A DNA stretch of 64,000 bases from Candidatus Poribacteria bacterium (GTDB taxonomy: Bacteria > Poribacteria > WGA-4E > PCPOR2b), in assembly GCA_965218095.1 (NCBI GenBank), contig OZ244587.1, positions 2,848,001-2,912,000 of the forward strand, given 5' to 3'. The notes beneath the pieces are model-generated. The model searched no databases, had not been told where the DNA came from, and saw nothing but the letters and a program-made list of their open reading frames with translations. Positions 1-10,110 of the stretch are shown here, one piece after another (within the stretch, counting starts at the first letter, position 1; the number at the start of each line of letters is the position of its first letter). A program made the position numbers and the translations under genes.

Positions 1-4
1 ATAT

Positions 5-646
5 TTGTCGCCCGATGCAGGGGATTTTGACCAGACCTATCTGGCTTTCTGCGGAAAGGCGAAAATTCGAGATGCTGCGTGGGGAGATTTGCCTCGCGCC
101 TCCGTGCTGTATAATCACCCCGAACCGCGATGGTTCATCAAAGACTATTTCACCCAGAGTTTCCGCGAGACCCGTTTTGAAAGCCACTTCGTGAGACTCA
201 TGCGACGGATCGAAAACTGGAATGGCGCGTTTGTTGTGCTGGAAAACCCTGAGGGGCGAGTTGTCGGCGCGGCAGTGCTGAAGCGATTTGATACCTTCCA
301 CGAACAGCATGTCGCCACGCTCAGTTCTCGCGTCTGCCCAAGCTATTTTGAACAAACGCCTGAACTCCTGACCGCCGCGGCGGAAAAAGCGAAACATCTG
401 TCAATCAATCTGCTACAGATTTACATCGCCGATTGCGATGACGACCAGAAAGAACTGGCGACAGCCGCCGGATTTGCCGAAGAAGCGCGTCTGCGGAATC
501 GGCTTCGCACTGGGGAGGGGTTGATGGATATGCTGGTCTACACATTGTCGCTGCCTGGCGCTGCACCGCCGCTGCGAAGTGAAGGCGATTATTATGGTAA
601 CAGAAAACCCTGGCATGCAGAACGGATTGCTGCTTCCCAAAATTGA
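5..646 (+). CDS. GNAT-like acetyltransferase, probably 5'-truncated by the window edge
   Basis: FVVLENPEGRVVGAAVL and AAEKAKHLSINLLQIYI...AAGFAEEARLR resemble GNAT/RimJ motifs. Confidence 0.55.
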   Translation: MSPDAGDFDQTYLAFCGKAKIRDAAWGDLPRASVLYNHPEPRWFIKDYFTQSFRETRFESHFVRLMRRIENWNGAFVVLENPEGRVVGAAVLKRFDTFHEQHVATLSSRVCPSYFEQTPELLTAAAEKAKHLSINLLQIYIADCDDDQKELATAAGFAEEARLRNRLRTGEGLMDMLVYTLSLPGAAPPLRSEGDYYGNRKPWHAERIAASQN

Positions 647-707
647 CAGATGATTCCCCGGCTGCATTAAATCCCACCGGCAAGGTGGAAAACGAATGAC
701 ACTCCCA

Positions 708-1601
708 TTATTCCTCACTGGATGCCACCCGCTCAAACCGCTGTCTAATTTCTGCCAGCATATCTTCAGGCAACCGGCCGCGTTCAACGGCGGCAAAGTT
801 GGACTCGAAGTGGTCAATGTTGGTGGTGCCGACAATGGCGGTGTGAACGTTGGCGTCGCACAACAGCCACCGCTGCGCAACTTCGACCTGGGGGAGATTG
901 CCCACGACTTTGGGCGCTAAAATCGTCTGGGCGTGGTCCCAAGCGACGCTACCGTCGGTGGGACGTGGTTTTTCATAGATGGCATTGACGATGGGCTCTT
1001 TGATGATGATACCCATATCCTTCTTGCGAGCGGCGGCAATAATGTCGGCAGGTTCCTGCCGAAGGACGTTGTAGGTGAGTTGTAGCGTGTCGTATTCGCC
1101 AATCTCAATCGCCTTGTGCGCCACGTCGCCGTCTGCTGACAGACTGATAAAGCGCACCTTGCCCTCAGCCTGCGCTTTCTTCAATCCCTCCAAGCCGTCG
1201 CCAAATGCCACATCGTCGTACTTGGGGCTATGCAGTTGGATGATGTCAATGTAGTCCGTCTTCAACCGCTGGAGACTGCGGTCAATCTGCGGTGCAATGG
1301 CTTTCGCTGAATAGTCCAGCGTTTGCACCCATTCGCCGTTTGGCTGAAGCACACGCCACGAGCCACACTTGGTGGCAAAGAAAAACTCGTCGCGGCGGTG
1401 TCTCACATACTTGGCAATAAGTTCCTCACTCCACCGATACGCCGCTGAGGAATCGATAAAATTGATGCCGAGATCGAGGGCGCGGTTGAGCAGCTGTCCC
1501 ACTTCATTTCCCTCCTCCGGGCGCGTCCAGCCGATTTCCCACGCCCCGAAACCGAGTCCTGAGACTTTCAACCCCGTCCGTCCAAGCGTCCGATATTCCA
1601 T
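708..1601 (-). CDS. Aldo/keto reductase
   Basis: LGRTGLKVSGLGFG, GINFIDSSAAY, SLQRLKTDYIDIIQLH. Confidence 0.95.
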   Translation of the reverse strand: MEYRTLGRTGLKVSGLGFGAWEIGWTRPEEGNEVGQLLNRALDLGINFIDSSAAYRWSEELIAKYVRHRRDEFFFATKCGSWRVLQPNGEWVQTLDYSAKAIAPQIDRSLQRLKTDYIDIIQLHSPKYDDVAFGDGLEGLKKAQAEGKVRFISLSADGDVAHKAIEIGEYDTLQLTYNVLRQEPADIIAAARKKDMGIIIKEPIVNAIYEKPRPTDGSVAWDHAQTILAPKVVGNLPQVEVAQRWLLCDANVHTAIVGTTNIDHFESNFAAVERGRLPEDMLAEIRQRFERVASSEE

Positions 1602-1868
1602 AGTGTTTTCCTCCTATCCAATTTTTGCACAAAGCTACAAACTGGGTGTTACCGAACGCGTTCGTGCAAAACGATACCTTCATAAGAAAAAACGAGCCCC
1701 CGAATTCATTCGCCTGCTTGTGCAACGGCAGCAGATAGGGTCAATCCGCAATTGACTGACCAGCCCTCAGTTAAATTTGGGTATTATACGAGTTTTTCAC
1801 TTAGCGGTTAGAGCCAGGATATGCCTGATTTTCCCCTACAACTGAAAAAATCGTATTAACCTTTGGTG

Positions 1869-2710
1869 CTAGGTTCTGTTGACATTTGAGTATAAGGTTG
1901 TGGCATAATAGAAGAATGATGCCAATAACCTTACCCGATGACCAATGGAAAAAGATATACTCGTTTCTTCTAACTTGTCCCACCATCTATGTTGGCAACG
2001 AAGCGACAACACGCCGCTTTATCGAAGCTGTTCTCTGGGCGACCCGTAACGGGGCTCAATGGAGACTTCTGCCAGACACCTATGGTAAATGGAACACCCT
2101 CTATAAGCGTTTTGCTCGGTGGTGCGACAAAGGTATCTTCACACAGATCCACCCCCACTTCGCCGCCGACCCCGATATCGAGTCGCTTATTGTGGACAGT
2201 ACAATCATTCGAGCGCACCCGTGTGCGGCGGGCGCCTTAAAAAGCTGGCGCCTTAAAAAAAAGGGTGGCACTGAAAACCAAGCGTTAGGCTGCTCTCGCG
2301 GGGGATTCAGTACAAAAATTCACATCACAGTTGACGGCCTGGGTAATCCCCTAAGAATACATCTGACGCCCGGTCAAAGAAACGACATAGCGGAAGCAGA
2401 AGGGTTGATACTTGGATATAAAAGCGAGTATGTGATTGGAGACAAGGGATATGACTCCGACAATTTTATCGCGGTTATTGAGGCGAATGGAGCGATTGCG
2501 GTGATACCGCCCAAAAGTCATCGTGTGGATCAAAGAGATTACGACAAACATCTGTACAAAGAGAGACATCGGGTTGAATGTTTCATCAACAAGATAAAAT
2601 GGTATCGTCGTATCTTCTCTCGGTTTGAGAAGCTAGCTGTCCGTTATTTTGGATTTCTCAGCTTTGTCTCCACTCTTATATGGCTCCCTTGAAATGTCAA
2701 CAGAACCTAG
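1869..2710 (+). mobile_element. IS5-family insertion sequence
   Basis: IRs GGTTCTGTTGACATTT (1872-1887) and AAATGTCAACAGAACC (2692-2707); CTAG at both ends; transposase inside. Confidence 0.92.
1886..2692 (+). CDS. IS5-family transposase as a single fused ORF (likely start ATG ~1917-1920)
   Basis: GAQWRLLP..YGKWNTLYKRFARW, VDSTIIRAH, GDKGYDS, YKERHRVECFINKIK. Confidence 0.93.
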   Translation: MSIRLWHNRRMMPITLPDDQWKKIYSFLLTCPTIYVGNEATTRRFIEAVLWATRNGAQWRLLPDTYGKWNTLYKRFARWCDKGIFTQIHPHFAADPDIESLIVDSTIIRAHPCAAGALKSWRLKKKGGTENQALGCSRGGFSTKIHITVDGLGNPLRIHLTPGQRNDIAEAEGLILGYKSEYVIGDKGYDSDNFIAVIEANGAIAVIPPKSHRVDQRDYDKHLYKERHRVECFINKIKWYRRIFSRFEKLAVRYFGFLSFVSTLIWLP

Positions 2711-2891
2711 CACCATTGGTTAATAAAATGCATTCAGAAAAAGCCACAATATCATAACACAGGAAGCGATTGAAAATTTCAAGGACCGAAACTTGTTACC
2801 CTTTACCAATCCACAAACTGAACTGACGGCAAAACTAAACATCATATTATCCTCCTCAGAATTTTAAGCACCTCAACTTCGTGCAGTGAAG

Positions 2892-3000
2892 CTAGGTTCT
2901 GTTAACATTTCATCGTAGTCAAGTAAGGGGGAGGTTGCCCACCCCTACGGATGCCGTGTCTCGAATTACGCACATGCCTCACATAAATGTCAACACATCC
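2892..3000. mobile_element. MITE with IS5-type ends
   Basis: CTAGGTTCTGTTAACATTT...AAATGTCAACACATCC match the adjacent IS5 IRs; non-coding. Confidence 0.75.
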
Positions 3001-3118
3001 CAACACTTTAGTCTCATTTGGAAACACCCGAATCAAATAGTAGATGATTATAAAAATAGATTTCGATGGCATTGGAAAACCAATCAACACCGACCCATTG
3101 ATATTGACTCAAACTGCA

Positions 3119-3940
3119 TCAATGTCCACTACGCTCGCGAATTACTCCTGTTTCTGCGTCAACTACTGCGTGTGCACTCAAGCCTAGATCGCCCGTCTGA
3201 TACTTAAACGGAGGAACGACTTGAGGAGGCTCAACCGGAACTTTTATAGGGAGAGGAGGAGGATTGGGAGAAGGAGAAGGATTACCTCCGTAAAGGACAA
3301 TATACCATACGGGCCACAATTCTTCCTTTCCGCCTCGAATCTGTTTGTAGTAAACATAGAAACCCTCAATGTTTTTAGTACGGGGATCAAAGCCAGATTT
3401 CTTAATCCACTTCTCATACGCTTCAAAAAAACTTAACTTGGGAAATTTCTCAGGCACCATATTTGTGATAGATTCCTTTTCCCGCAGAGTTCCCTTCATC
3501 TTCAGATACATACCTCGCCTGCGTACACTCTCTTGATATTTCGGATCTATCCCGGACATCCACTGGGAGACGATTTTTAGAACAGCTCCAGTTTCGGGTT
3601 CAACGAACACATCAAATGCACTGATATAGGAGTGCGGCTTCAGTCTTTCACCGTTTCCCATCATGACGTTTGTATACGAAACTTTCCAGAGAGGCTGATT
3701 CTCAATTTTATGATACAAATGAGAATAATCTTCTTCGATCACAACTCGCTGTACTGTAATAACAACATCAGCAAACTTAGGCAGCTGGTCTAATCCTGAA
3801 AAGCGGTTGGCAATCTCAAGAACAGCCCGATGATCCCGAATAGGCAATTCATGGCTCTTGCTGAACGCCGTTCCGCATAGCAACTGTGCTAATACTGCAA
3901 CTCCTAGCATGAAACTTGGATATACACAACGATTATTCAT
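3119..3940 (-). CDS. Hypothetical secreted protein with a Pro-rich C-terminal part
   Basis: GGAGG RBS before ATG 3940; signal-like N-terminus; PepSY-like motifs (VFVEPETGAVL, VVDAETGVI). Confidence 0.7.
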   Translation of the reverse strand: MNNRCVYPSFMLGVAVLAQLLCGTAFSKSHELPIRDHRAVLEIANRFSGLDQLPKFADVVITVQRVVIEEDYSHLYHKIENQPLWKVSYTNVMMGNGERLKPHSYISAFDVFVEPETGAVLKIVSQWMSGIDPKYQESVRRRGMYLKMKGTLREKESITNMVPEKFPKLSFFEAYEKWIKKSGFDPRTKNIEGFYVYYKQIRGGKEELWPVWYIVLYGGNPSPSPNPPPLPIKVPVEPPQVVPPFKYQTGDLGLSAHAVVDAETGVIRERSGH

Positions 3941-4180
3941 GATGCGACCTCCTGATTTAGGGTGTATTTGACTCACTAAGATCCATTATATTCGACCACT
4001 TTATCGTATTGAAGTTGCCACCTATAAGCCCACCAAGGGAAAATGGGAGCTGGCAACTGACCCCGGATTCCGACCTCGATCCCCCGAGTTCCGAATGGCA
4101 AAGCCGAATACCCTATCACCCAAACTCGACCAACTCCAACTTTGAGCCCGGTCTACAAATGCCAACGGTTCTTGGATCGG

Positions 4181-4684
4181 TTACTCGGGCGGTACGAATT
4201 TGATTGCACCTGATTTTGTCAGTTCGTCTAGCTTTGCTGAAAGATTTTCAACCTGCCATCTGAGCACGGGTAAGGGCCAGGTTGCCAGTTTCTCCTGTTG
4301 CTCCGGGTCATCAAAACCGATTTCCGCTAACTTGTCCAGTAACCATTGTCTCTCAAGTTCATCGCTTAGCTCTTCCCACATTTCCTCTGTTGCTTGGGAT
4401 GTTATCTTCGGCTCGCCCGTGCTGGTGGAATTTGAGTCAATTGACGGTGACGCTTGTGCCTGATTCTCCAATTCTGGCGAATCACGGAGGGCAGGCGGTT
4501 TCTCTTGAGAATCTATGGTCTGTTTCCCTAATGACGGGTCTCGATCAGGAGACATATAAATCTTGTGGGTGGAGTTTTCCTGAATGGGGCTAATTGGAGA
4601 ATGCAACAGAACAATACCGCCACCTAACACCATCAATACCGCTATTACAGTCACCACTGTTTTGGGAGAGATCTTTTTTTTCAT
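4181..4684 (-). CDS. Hypothetical membrane-anchored protein
   Basis: GAGG RBS, MKKK followed by a hydrophobic helix. Confidence 0.65.
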   Translation of the reverse strand: MKKKISPKTVVTVIAVLMVLGGGIVLLHSPISPIQENSTHKIYMSPDRDPSLGKQTIDSQEKPPALRDSPELENQAQASPSIDSNSTSTGEPKITSQATEEMWEELSDELERQWLLDKLAEIGFDDPEQQEKLATWPLPVLRWQVENLSAKLDELTKSGAIKFVPPE

Positions 4685-4805
4685 CGTTTCCTCAACTGGA
4701 ATAGCTGAATATCTACGATGGCAGTTTAATAGAAGCCACCTTATCGACGAAATGAGCAAACGACACAAAGAAGACCAAAGCGCATCTGGCATTCAACCTC
4801 AGCTA

Positions 4806-5633
4806 CTAATTAGCCGAACTCCACATTTTTACCTTATTGCCGTTTGACGAATACTCAAAATTAGAATCATTGCCACTTACGGGTGAAAATTGATCTCCGG
4901 GTATAGTCTTGACGTTCCCTGTTGATGTCCCCCGGTATTTGGTTGCACCAAATTCAAAGGGATCGCTGCTAGTCCCCGGCAGTTCAATGGTAGAATTCGT
5001 ATCCCAAAAAGCTTCAATCTGCTCGTGAATCCAGTAAATCTCGGTATTGTCGGTCCAGTTAAAACTAGGTGCACCGGAACCGGTCCAAGCGGAACTATTC
5101 TTATCCCACGTTATTGATTCGGAATTACTACCAAAATGGAAGTCAACGCTTTGTCCGTTTGGAGTCATCTTAAAAACCGTGTTGTCGGTGACAGTATGAC
5201 TGTAGGTCTGAAGTAAACTTCCTTTTAAAGGACCACTGCGGTAACCGAGTTCAGCGAAAACTTTACCATCGCTATCTACCCCAATCTGATACCAAACCGT
5301 CGTAGTAGTTGCCCCACTGCCAACTGTGCTGACAGCGAGCAACCCCGCAGCTTTGCCTGCCGCAGAATCATTCCCAGGAACCGCACCCCAGGTGCCCTTT
5401 TTTATTTTGGTTTCGACATAACTTATCTCTTTCTTCACTCCCACAGTAGGAACTCCCACTGACTTACGTAATACCCCAAGTTTGTTGCCTGCTGCCTCGA
5501 TACTGCTGAAAAAGTTAGTTGTCCCCATAAAAAGGAGCAGCATAATCATACTAACCGCAATTGAAGCGGTTAGAGATCGAACCTTACGACCTGTTATCAA
5601 ACCATGACCGAAATTACTCAATAACCTTGGCAT
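4806..5633 (-). CDS. Hypothetical secreted beta-rich protein (weak glutamic-peptidase G1/neprosin-like pattern)
   Basis: AAGGAGG RBS; N-terminal hydrophobic segment; WYQIGV and YWIHEQ. Confidence 0.65.
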   Translation of the reverse strand: MPRLLSNFGHGLITGRKVRSLTASIAVSMIMLLLFMGTTNFFSSIEAAGNKLGVLRKSVGVPTVGVKKEISYVETKIKKGTWGAVPGNDSAAGKAAGLLAVSTVGSGATTTTVWYQIGVDSDGKVFAELGYRSGPLKGSLLQTYSHTVTDNTVFKMTPNGQSVDFHFGSNSESITWDKNSSAWTGSGAPSFNWTDNTEIYWIHEQIEAFWDTNSTIELPGTSSDPFEFGATKYRGTSTGNVKTIPGDQFSPVSGNDSNFEYSSNGNKVKMWSSAN

Positions 5634-5743
5634 ACCAGCCTCCTTAGGATTTGTTAAGTTCCAAAACATAGAAATTTCTAAACCGTCCCTGTTTCCTATT
5701 ATTAAAACAGGCCGGGTCGAGGAATTTCATCTCGACCTCCAGA

Positions 5744-5883
5744 TTAGGGCGTGTTGACATTTCGCGCGAATTCGGCAAACGTTGTAATCATCGTGCAACC
5801 CGCCAAAAACCCAGGCTGTTGTCCTAAATCGCCTCAAGGTGCATCAGGATTGGTTCAATCCGTCAAATGTCAACAGAACCTAG
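5744..5883. mobile_element. MITE with IS5-type ends
   Basis: TTAGGGCGTGTTGACATTT...AAATGTCAACAGAACCTAG; the right end is identical to the IS5 right end. Confidence 0.8.
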
Positions 5884-5953
5884 AACTTTGTGAAAAACAT
5901 TTATTGGTGCCCAAATATCGGCATTAGTGCAGATGCAATCCCTTTCTCTGAAA

Positions 5954-6808
5954 CTACGGGGAAACCGACTGGACGCAACGAAAACCAAAGTTATAAACAT
6001 TGCGACTTGGCTTCTGAGCGAAGCCCTGTCGGTGTGCACACCTAAACCAATTCGCTATCTCATACCAAGACCCGCCACGCACGACACGCCGACTATGAAA
6101 TCCTGAAGAAGGGCCTTTCGGGCTCCGTTTTGGGGAGTTTTGATAGTAATCTGGACGATACCAATCATAGCACCATTCCTCGACATTTCCCTCCATGTCG
6201 TAAAGCCCATAGCCGTTTGGCGGATAGCTCCCTACAGGCGTTGGGTGCCCAACGTTGTTATTGTAGTTTGTCTTCGTTTCGTTAGGGGGGTCATCTCCCC
6301 ACGGGTATTTCTTTCCTTCCAAACCACCCCGCACGGCTTTTTCCCACTCCGCTTCGGTTGGTAGGCGCTTTCCAGCCCACTCGCAATACTTCACCGCTGA
6401 CCCCCATGCAACGCCTATAGCCGGTTGATTGGGTTGGCCAAATCCGGGAAGTTCCAGGCTCCAATGATCCCGTTTACCACGTCCCGTTGCATCTAGGAAC
6501 TTTTGGTACTGCACATTCGTCACTTCGTAGATATCCATGTAAAACGCATCCACGTAGACGGTGTGGACGGGTTTTTCGTCATCTTCCCCCTCGTCACTAC
6601 CCATTTGGAACTCGCCGGCAGGAATCAGCACCATCGGTGTGCCATCTTTACCCGTGATGCGTTTCGGAATCTTCCCCTGCGCCGATTCGCTCTGAGGCTC
6701 TGTCCCTTCATCGGAACTGAGCACCATCGTCAGGAAAATTGAGAAAAACAGAAAAATCAATGAACACAAAGAAATGGCTAAGATACTTTTGTCTTTCATG
6801 GTAAACAC
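5954..6808 (-). CDS. FGE-sulfatase (SUMF1/EgtB/PvdO) domain protein with N-terminal anchor
   Basis: [47 protein letters not shown]. Confidence 0.93.
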   Translation of the reverse strand: MFTMKDKSILAISLCSLIFLFFSIFLTMVLSSDEGTEPQSESAQGKIPKRITGKDGTPMVLIPAGEFQMGSDEGEDDEKPVHTVYVDAFYMDIYEVTNVQYQKFLDATGRGKRDHWSLELPGFGQPNQPAIGVAWGSAVKYCEWAGKRLPTEAEWEKAVRGGLEGKKYPWGDDPPNETKTNYNNNVGHPTPVGSYPPNGYGLYDMEGNVEEWCYDWYRPDYYQNSPKRSPKGPSSGFHSRRVVRGGSWYEIANWFRCAHRQGFAQKPSRNVYNFGFRCVQSVSP

Positions 6809-6898
6809 CCTCCTCTTAGGTTTCGCATCGTCCCAACATGGAAACTATGCCATCTTTAAGCTTTTCTTTCAGAATATCCATTATATGATAGTATATCA

Positions 6899-7840
6899 AC
6901 CAATGGTGCTAGTTTGGAATTTGGTGGAAGTCAATGGGCATAACAGAACACCCTGGCTTCGCTTTGGTCCTCGCTGGATTGAGGTCATGAGACGATTTCC
7001 TTGATTCTACCGTTAATCCAAGTGTTAGACAATTCTTGATTAACGGGAGGAAATCCAGACTCATGCCCCTTATAGATTTTATCACACAACACCAGAAAAA
7101 CCAAAAGCATACCCAAGCCAATCTCTATCCCTCTGAAGTGGTAACCCTCGCCTTACTTTTTGCACTCAAAGGCGTTGGCAACCGAGCCTTCTACCGCTGG
7201 ATAGAAAACAATTACAAACCCTGGTTCCCCAATTTACCCGAGCGAACCCGCTTGTTTCGCTTGTTCAACAATCATCAACATCTGACTGATATTTTCATGG
7301 CAAATCCTTCACTCATCGGCGTGATTGACACTTATGGTATCGAACTGATTCACCCCCGCCGAGAATGTCGTTCTGAGCAGCAAATGGGCCGGAAAGGGAT
7401 ATCCAACCAACGCTGGATTGTGGGGGGGAAGCTTTGTCTGCTGCTCAATCATCTTGGACTAATTGTCGACTGGGATTGTGATACTGCCAATGTGCACGAC
7501 GGTAGTCGCTTCCAACATCTTGTTGATGGGGTCTGTGACCAGATGGTTGTTTTGCCGATGAAGGGTTTGCCAAGGTCGATTGGTTTCCTTCCAACTTGCG
7601 TCTGTGCCGACGAGGGGAATGGAATTGTCGGATGCTGGTAGAAACTGTTTTGTCGATGTTGACGGTGGTGTGCCACTTTAAGAAAGTGATGCATCGTTGT
7701 TGGGCCTATTTCAAAACACGCCTCGCTTTCACGATGGCGTTGTTTAATCTCTTGGTGCAGTGGAATGGCTTTGAGGCTGACGCAGATGGGTTTATGCCTT
7801 TATCTATTGCTCAATTTAGTCTCTAACTAGCACCAAAGGT
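6899..7840 (+). mobile_element. IS982-like insertion sequence
   Basis: IRs ACCAATGGTGCTAGTT and AACTAGCACCAAAGGT flank the transposase; no clear TSD. Confidence 0.75.
7036..7826 (+). pseudogene. DDE transposase (IS982-like), frameshifted near 7550
   Basis: LPERTRLFR, IDTYGIELIHP, GGKLCLLLN, TANVHD; the C-terminus (RMLVETVLSML) is in another frame. Confidence 0.8.
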
Positions 7841-8182
7841 TATTATACATTGTAACAGATTACACGCCCTAAGGCGGCCTTTTTTTCGTGTTTTTGAGTC
7901 AAATCTCCAAAAATAGTAGGGATGATGTACTATCACTAAATGTGTGGTGCACTCTGGGGGTGGTAGTGGCTTCATCAGCCGAGAACGTATTGCGTAATAC
8001 CATTTTGGGTTAGTAATGAGATAGAAATTCCCCACGCAGTATTCGCTTGATTGTGATGGCTTCGTGTGTTAAGATATACAATCATATTATCCTTTATCTT
8101 CCTGTTCAGAATTCATTTTGTTGTTGTATACGGACACGAAATTATTTACAAACAAAATCGGTATTAGAAGGAAGAGACTCGG

Positions 8183-9997
8183 ATGAAACTACTAACATAC
8201 CTTGAGGAAAGCACATTTCGCATCGGGATTCTGACCGTTCGACCGGACACATCGGAGCCAGTTGTCATCGACATCCATGATGCAGTTTCTCTGCTTGAGC
8301 AGCAGGCCCATCGTATTTATTGGCGCACACCGTGGAAGGGACCGTGGGGAACCCTGACAGCCCCATCAGACATGCTCGATATTCTTGGCTACGGCCGCCA
8401 GGCAGTCATTGCCCTGGAGGACTTAGAGCGAACGCTCTGGAACCTTGCCCGCACGGTGGATGGCGCCTGGGTCGACACAGTGCTCAATACCCCTGAAGGG
8501 ATCCACTGGCAGCCACCCATCCCCGAACCCCCTTTCTACCCCTTCATCAGTGGAAACACCCAGGTGATGGCCCATCAGCGTACTCCTGTTCCACCGTGGC
8601 AGGTGCCTGCGACACGCCTGCGGCCGATCACCGCGATCATCGGGCACAAAGAACCCCTCTATGCCGATGAGAACGATAACGTGAGTTCCGATATGGAGTT
8701 GGGCATCGTAATTGGGCCAGAGGCGAAAAACGTCGGGGCAGACACCGCGATGGACTATGTCTTTGGCTATACCATTTGCAACGATACGCGGAACCCCATC
8801 TACGGGGCGAAGACGGCGCCATTTGGATCCGTCACTGGCGTCCGCATGGGGGGAATTGCTACTTGTGACAAAGGAGGGGATGGGTGCGGGCCAATCGGAC
8901 CGGTCATCACCACCGCCGATGAGGTGGGGAGTCCACACGATCTGGAGGCTACAGCCTGGTTCAACGGGAAGCTGCGCGTGCAAGCGCACACGAGTGCCTA
9001 CTACTATAACGTCCGGGATGTGGTCGCCCATTTTGCTCAACTGATGACCCTGCCCGCTGGCGCCATCATCGGTATGGGCGCCTGTGGCTACGATGGCCAT
9101 GCGGTACACGGCGCCTTCCGGCAACCGGGGCATAACGTGGCTGCGGTGGAATTCGACCGGGTAGGACGATTGGAACACCCGGTGGCCTACGTGGATGATC
9201 CGGAGCGGCAAGCGGCGGGCAAACAGAGCCGGTATCTTGCCCGCCGGGAGAAGTTGGGGTTAGGAGGCGTGGCGCAGCCAGATCTCACCCCGAGCGACAT
9301 CCCGGCGATCACGCGCAGCTTCTAGGCGCTCTCCGACAATGTTGGCAGCACACCGCTGCATAAGCTGCCAGCGCCGCATCTGTATCCACGTCACAGCCTT
9401 GCCGGGACCGATACCCTCTTGATTCTACCTCAACATGCACGGCGGTTGGAGATTAGTTGCGAACTGGCGGGCATCATCGGGCCACAACCTGTCTACCGGC
9501 CGCCACTGGCGGATATACCGGCGCTTCTGCTCGGGTTCGGTGTCATCATCTCTGTGATGGATATGTCGATGGTCGACTCCTTTCCTGGGGTGAAGACAGA
9601 CGGGGTCATCCGGTTTGCGACCTATCAGTGTCGCTACTCGGATGGGTGCAGCCGGATTGGAGGGGGCACCCCGATTGCCGGTGGGAGTGCGGCGCTGGCT
9701 GGTGCAACGATGGCCCTGCAGGTAGGGGACGCCTCCGGTGAGACGCAGTTAGTCGGTGAATACGGGACCTCGGTCGAAGAGGCGATTGCCTGGATCGCTG
9801 ATGGTATCACCCTTCTGCCGGGGGATGTGGTATCGCTCGGTCCAAGTAAGGCGACGCTAACCATCCCGGCTGAAGATCGGCTGGCTCCCGGCACCACGGT
9901 CGTGGCGTCTATCGCTGGGATAGGGGAGATTCAGGTAGAGTTGGTCGATCAGCGCGACTTGAGCATCAAGCCATGGCCATGGCCGTTAATACCTTGA
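8183..9997 (+). pseudogene. Two-domain fumarylacetoacetate hydrolase family protein interrupted by in-frame TAG (9323-9325)
   Basis: ELGIVIG..YVFGYTICND..GPIGP..TLPAGAIIG; the second FAH domain (CELAGIIG, TLLPGDVVSLG) continues in the same frame. Confidence 0.8.
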
Positions 9998-10110
9998 TGA
10001 TGATGCGCCGGACCTGTGGTTCCAGCAACCAATGAGATTCACTTATCAAACAACCGGGAGTTACGCACTTCATGAAGAAGCCGAGATCAACCGCGTAACT
10101 CCTAACAACA

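Noticed and set aside
8423-9211. Long antisense ORFs (also 45547-46314, 33598-34269, 52884-53528)
   Set aside because: These are shadows of well-supported genes on the opposite strand, with no motifs or RBS.
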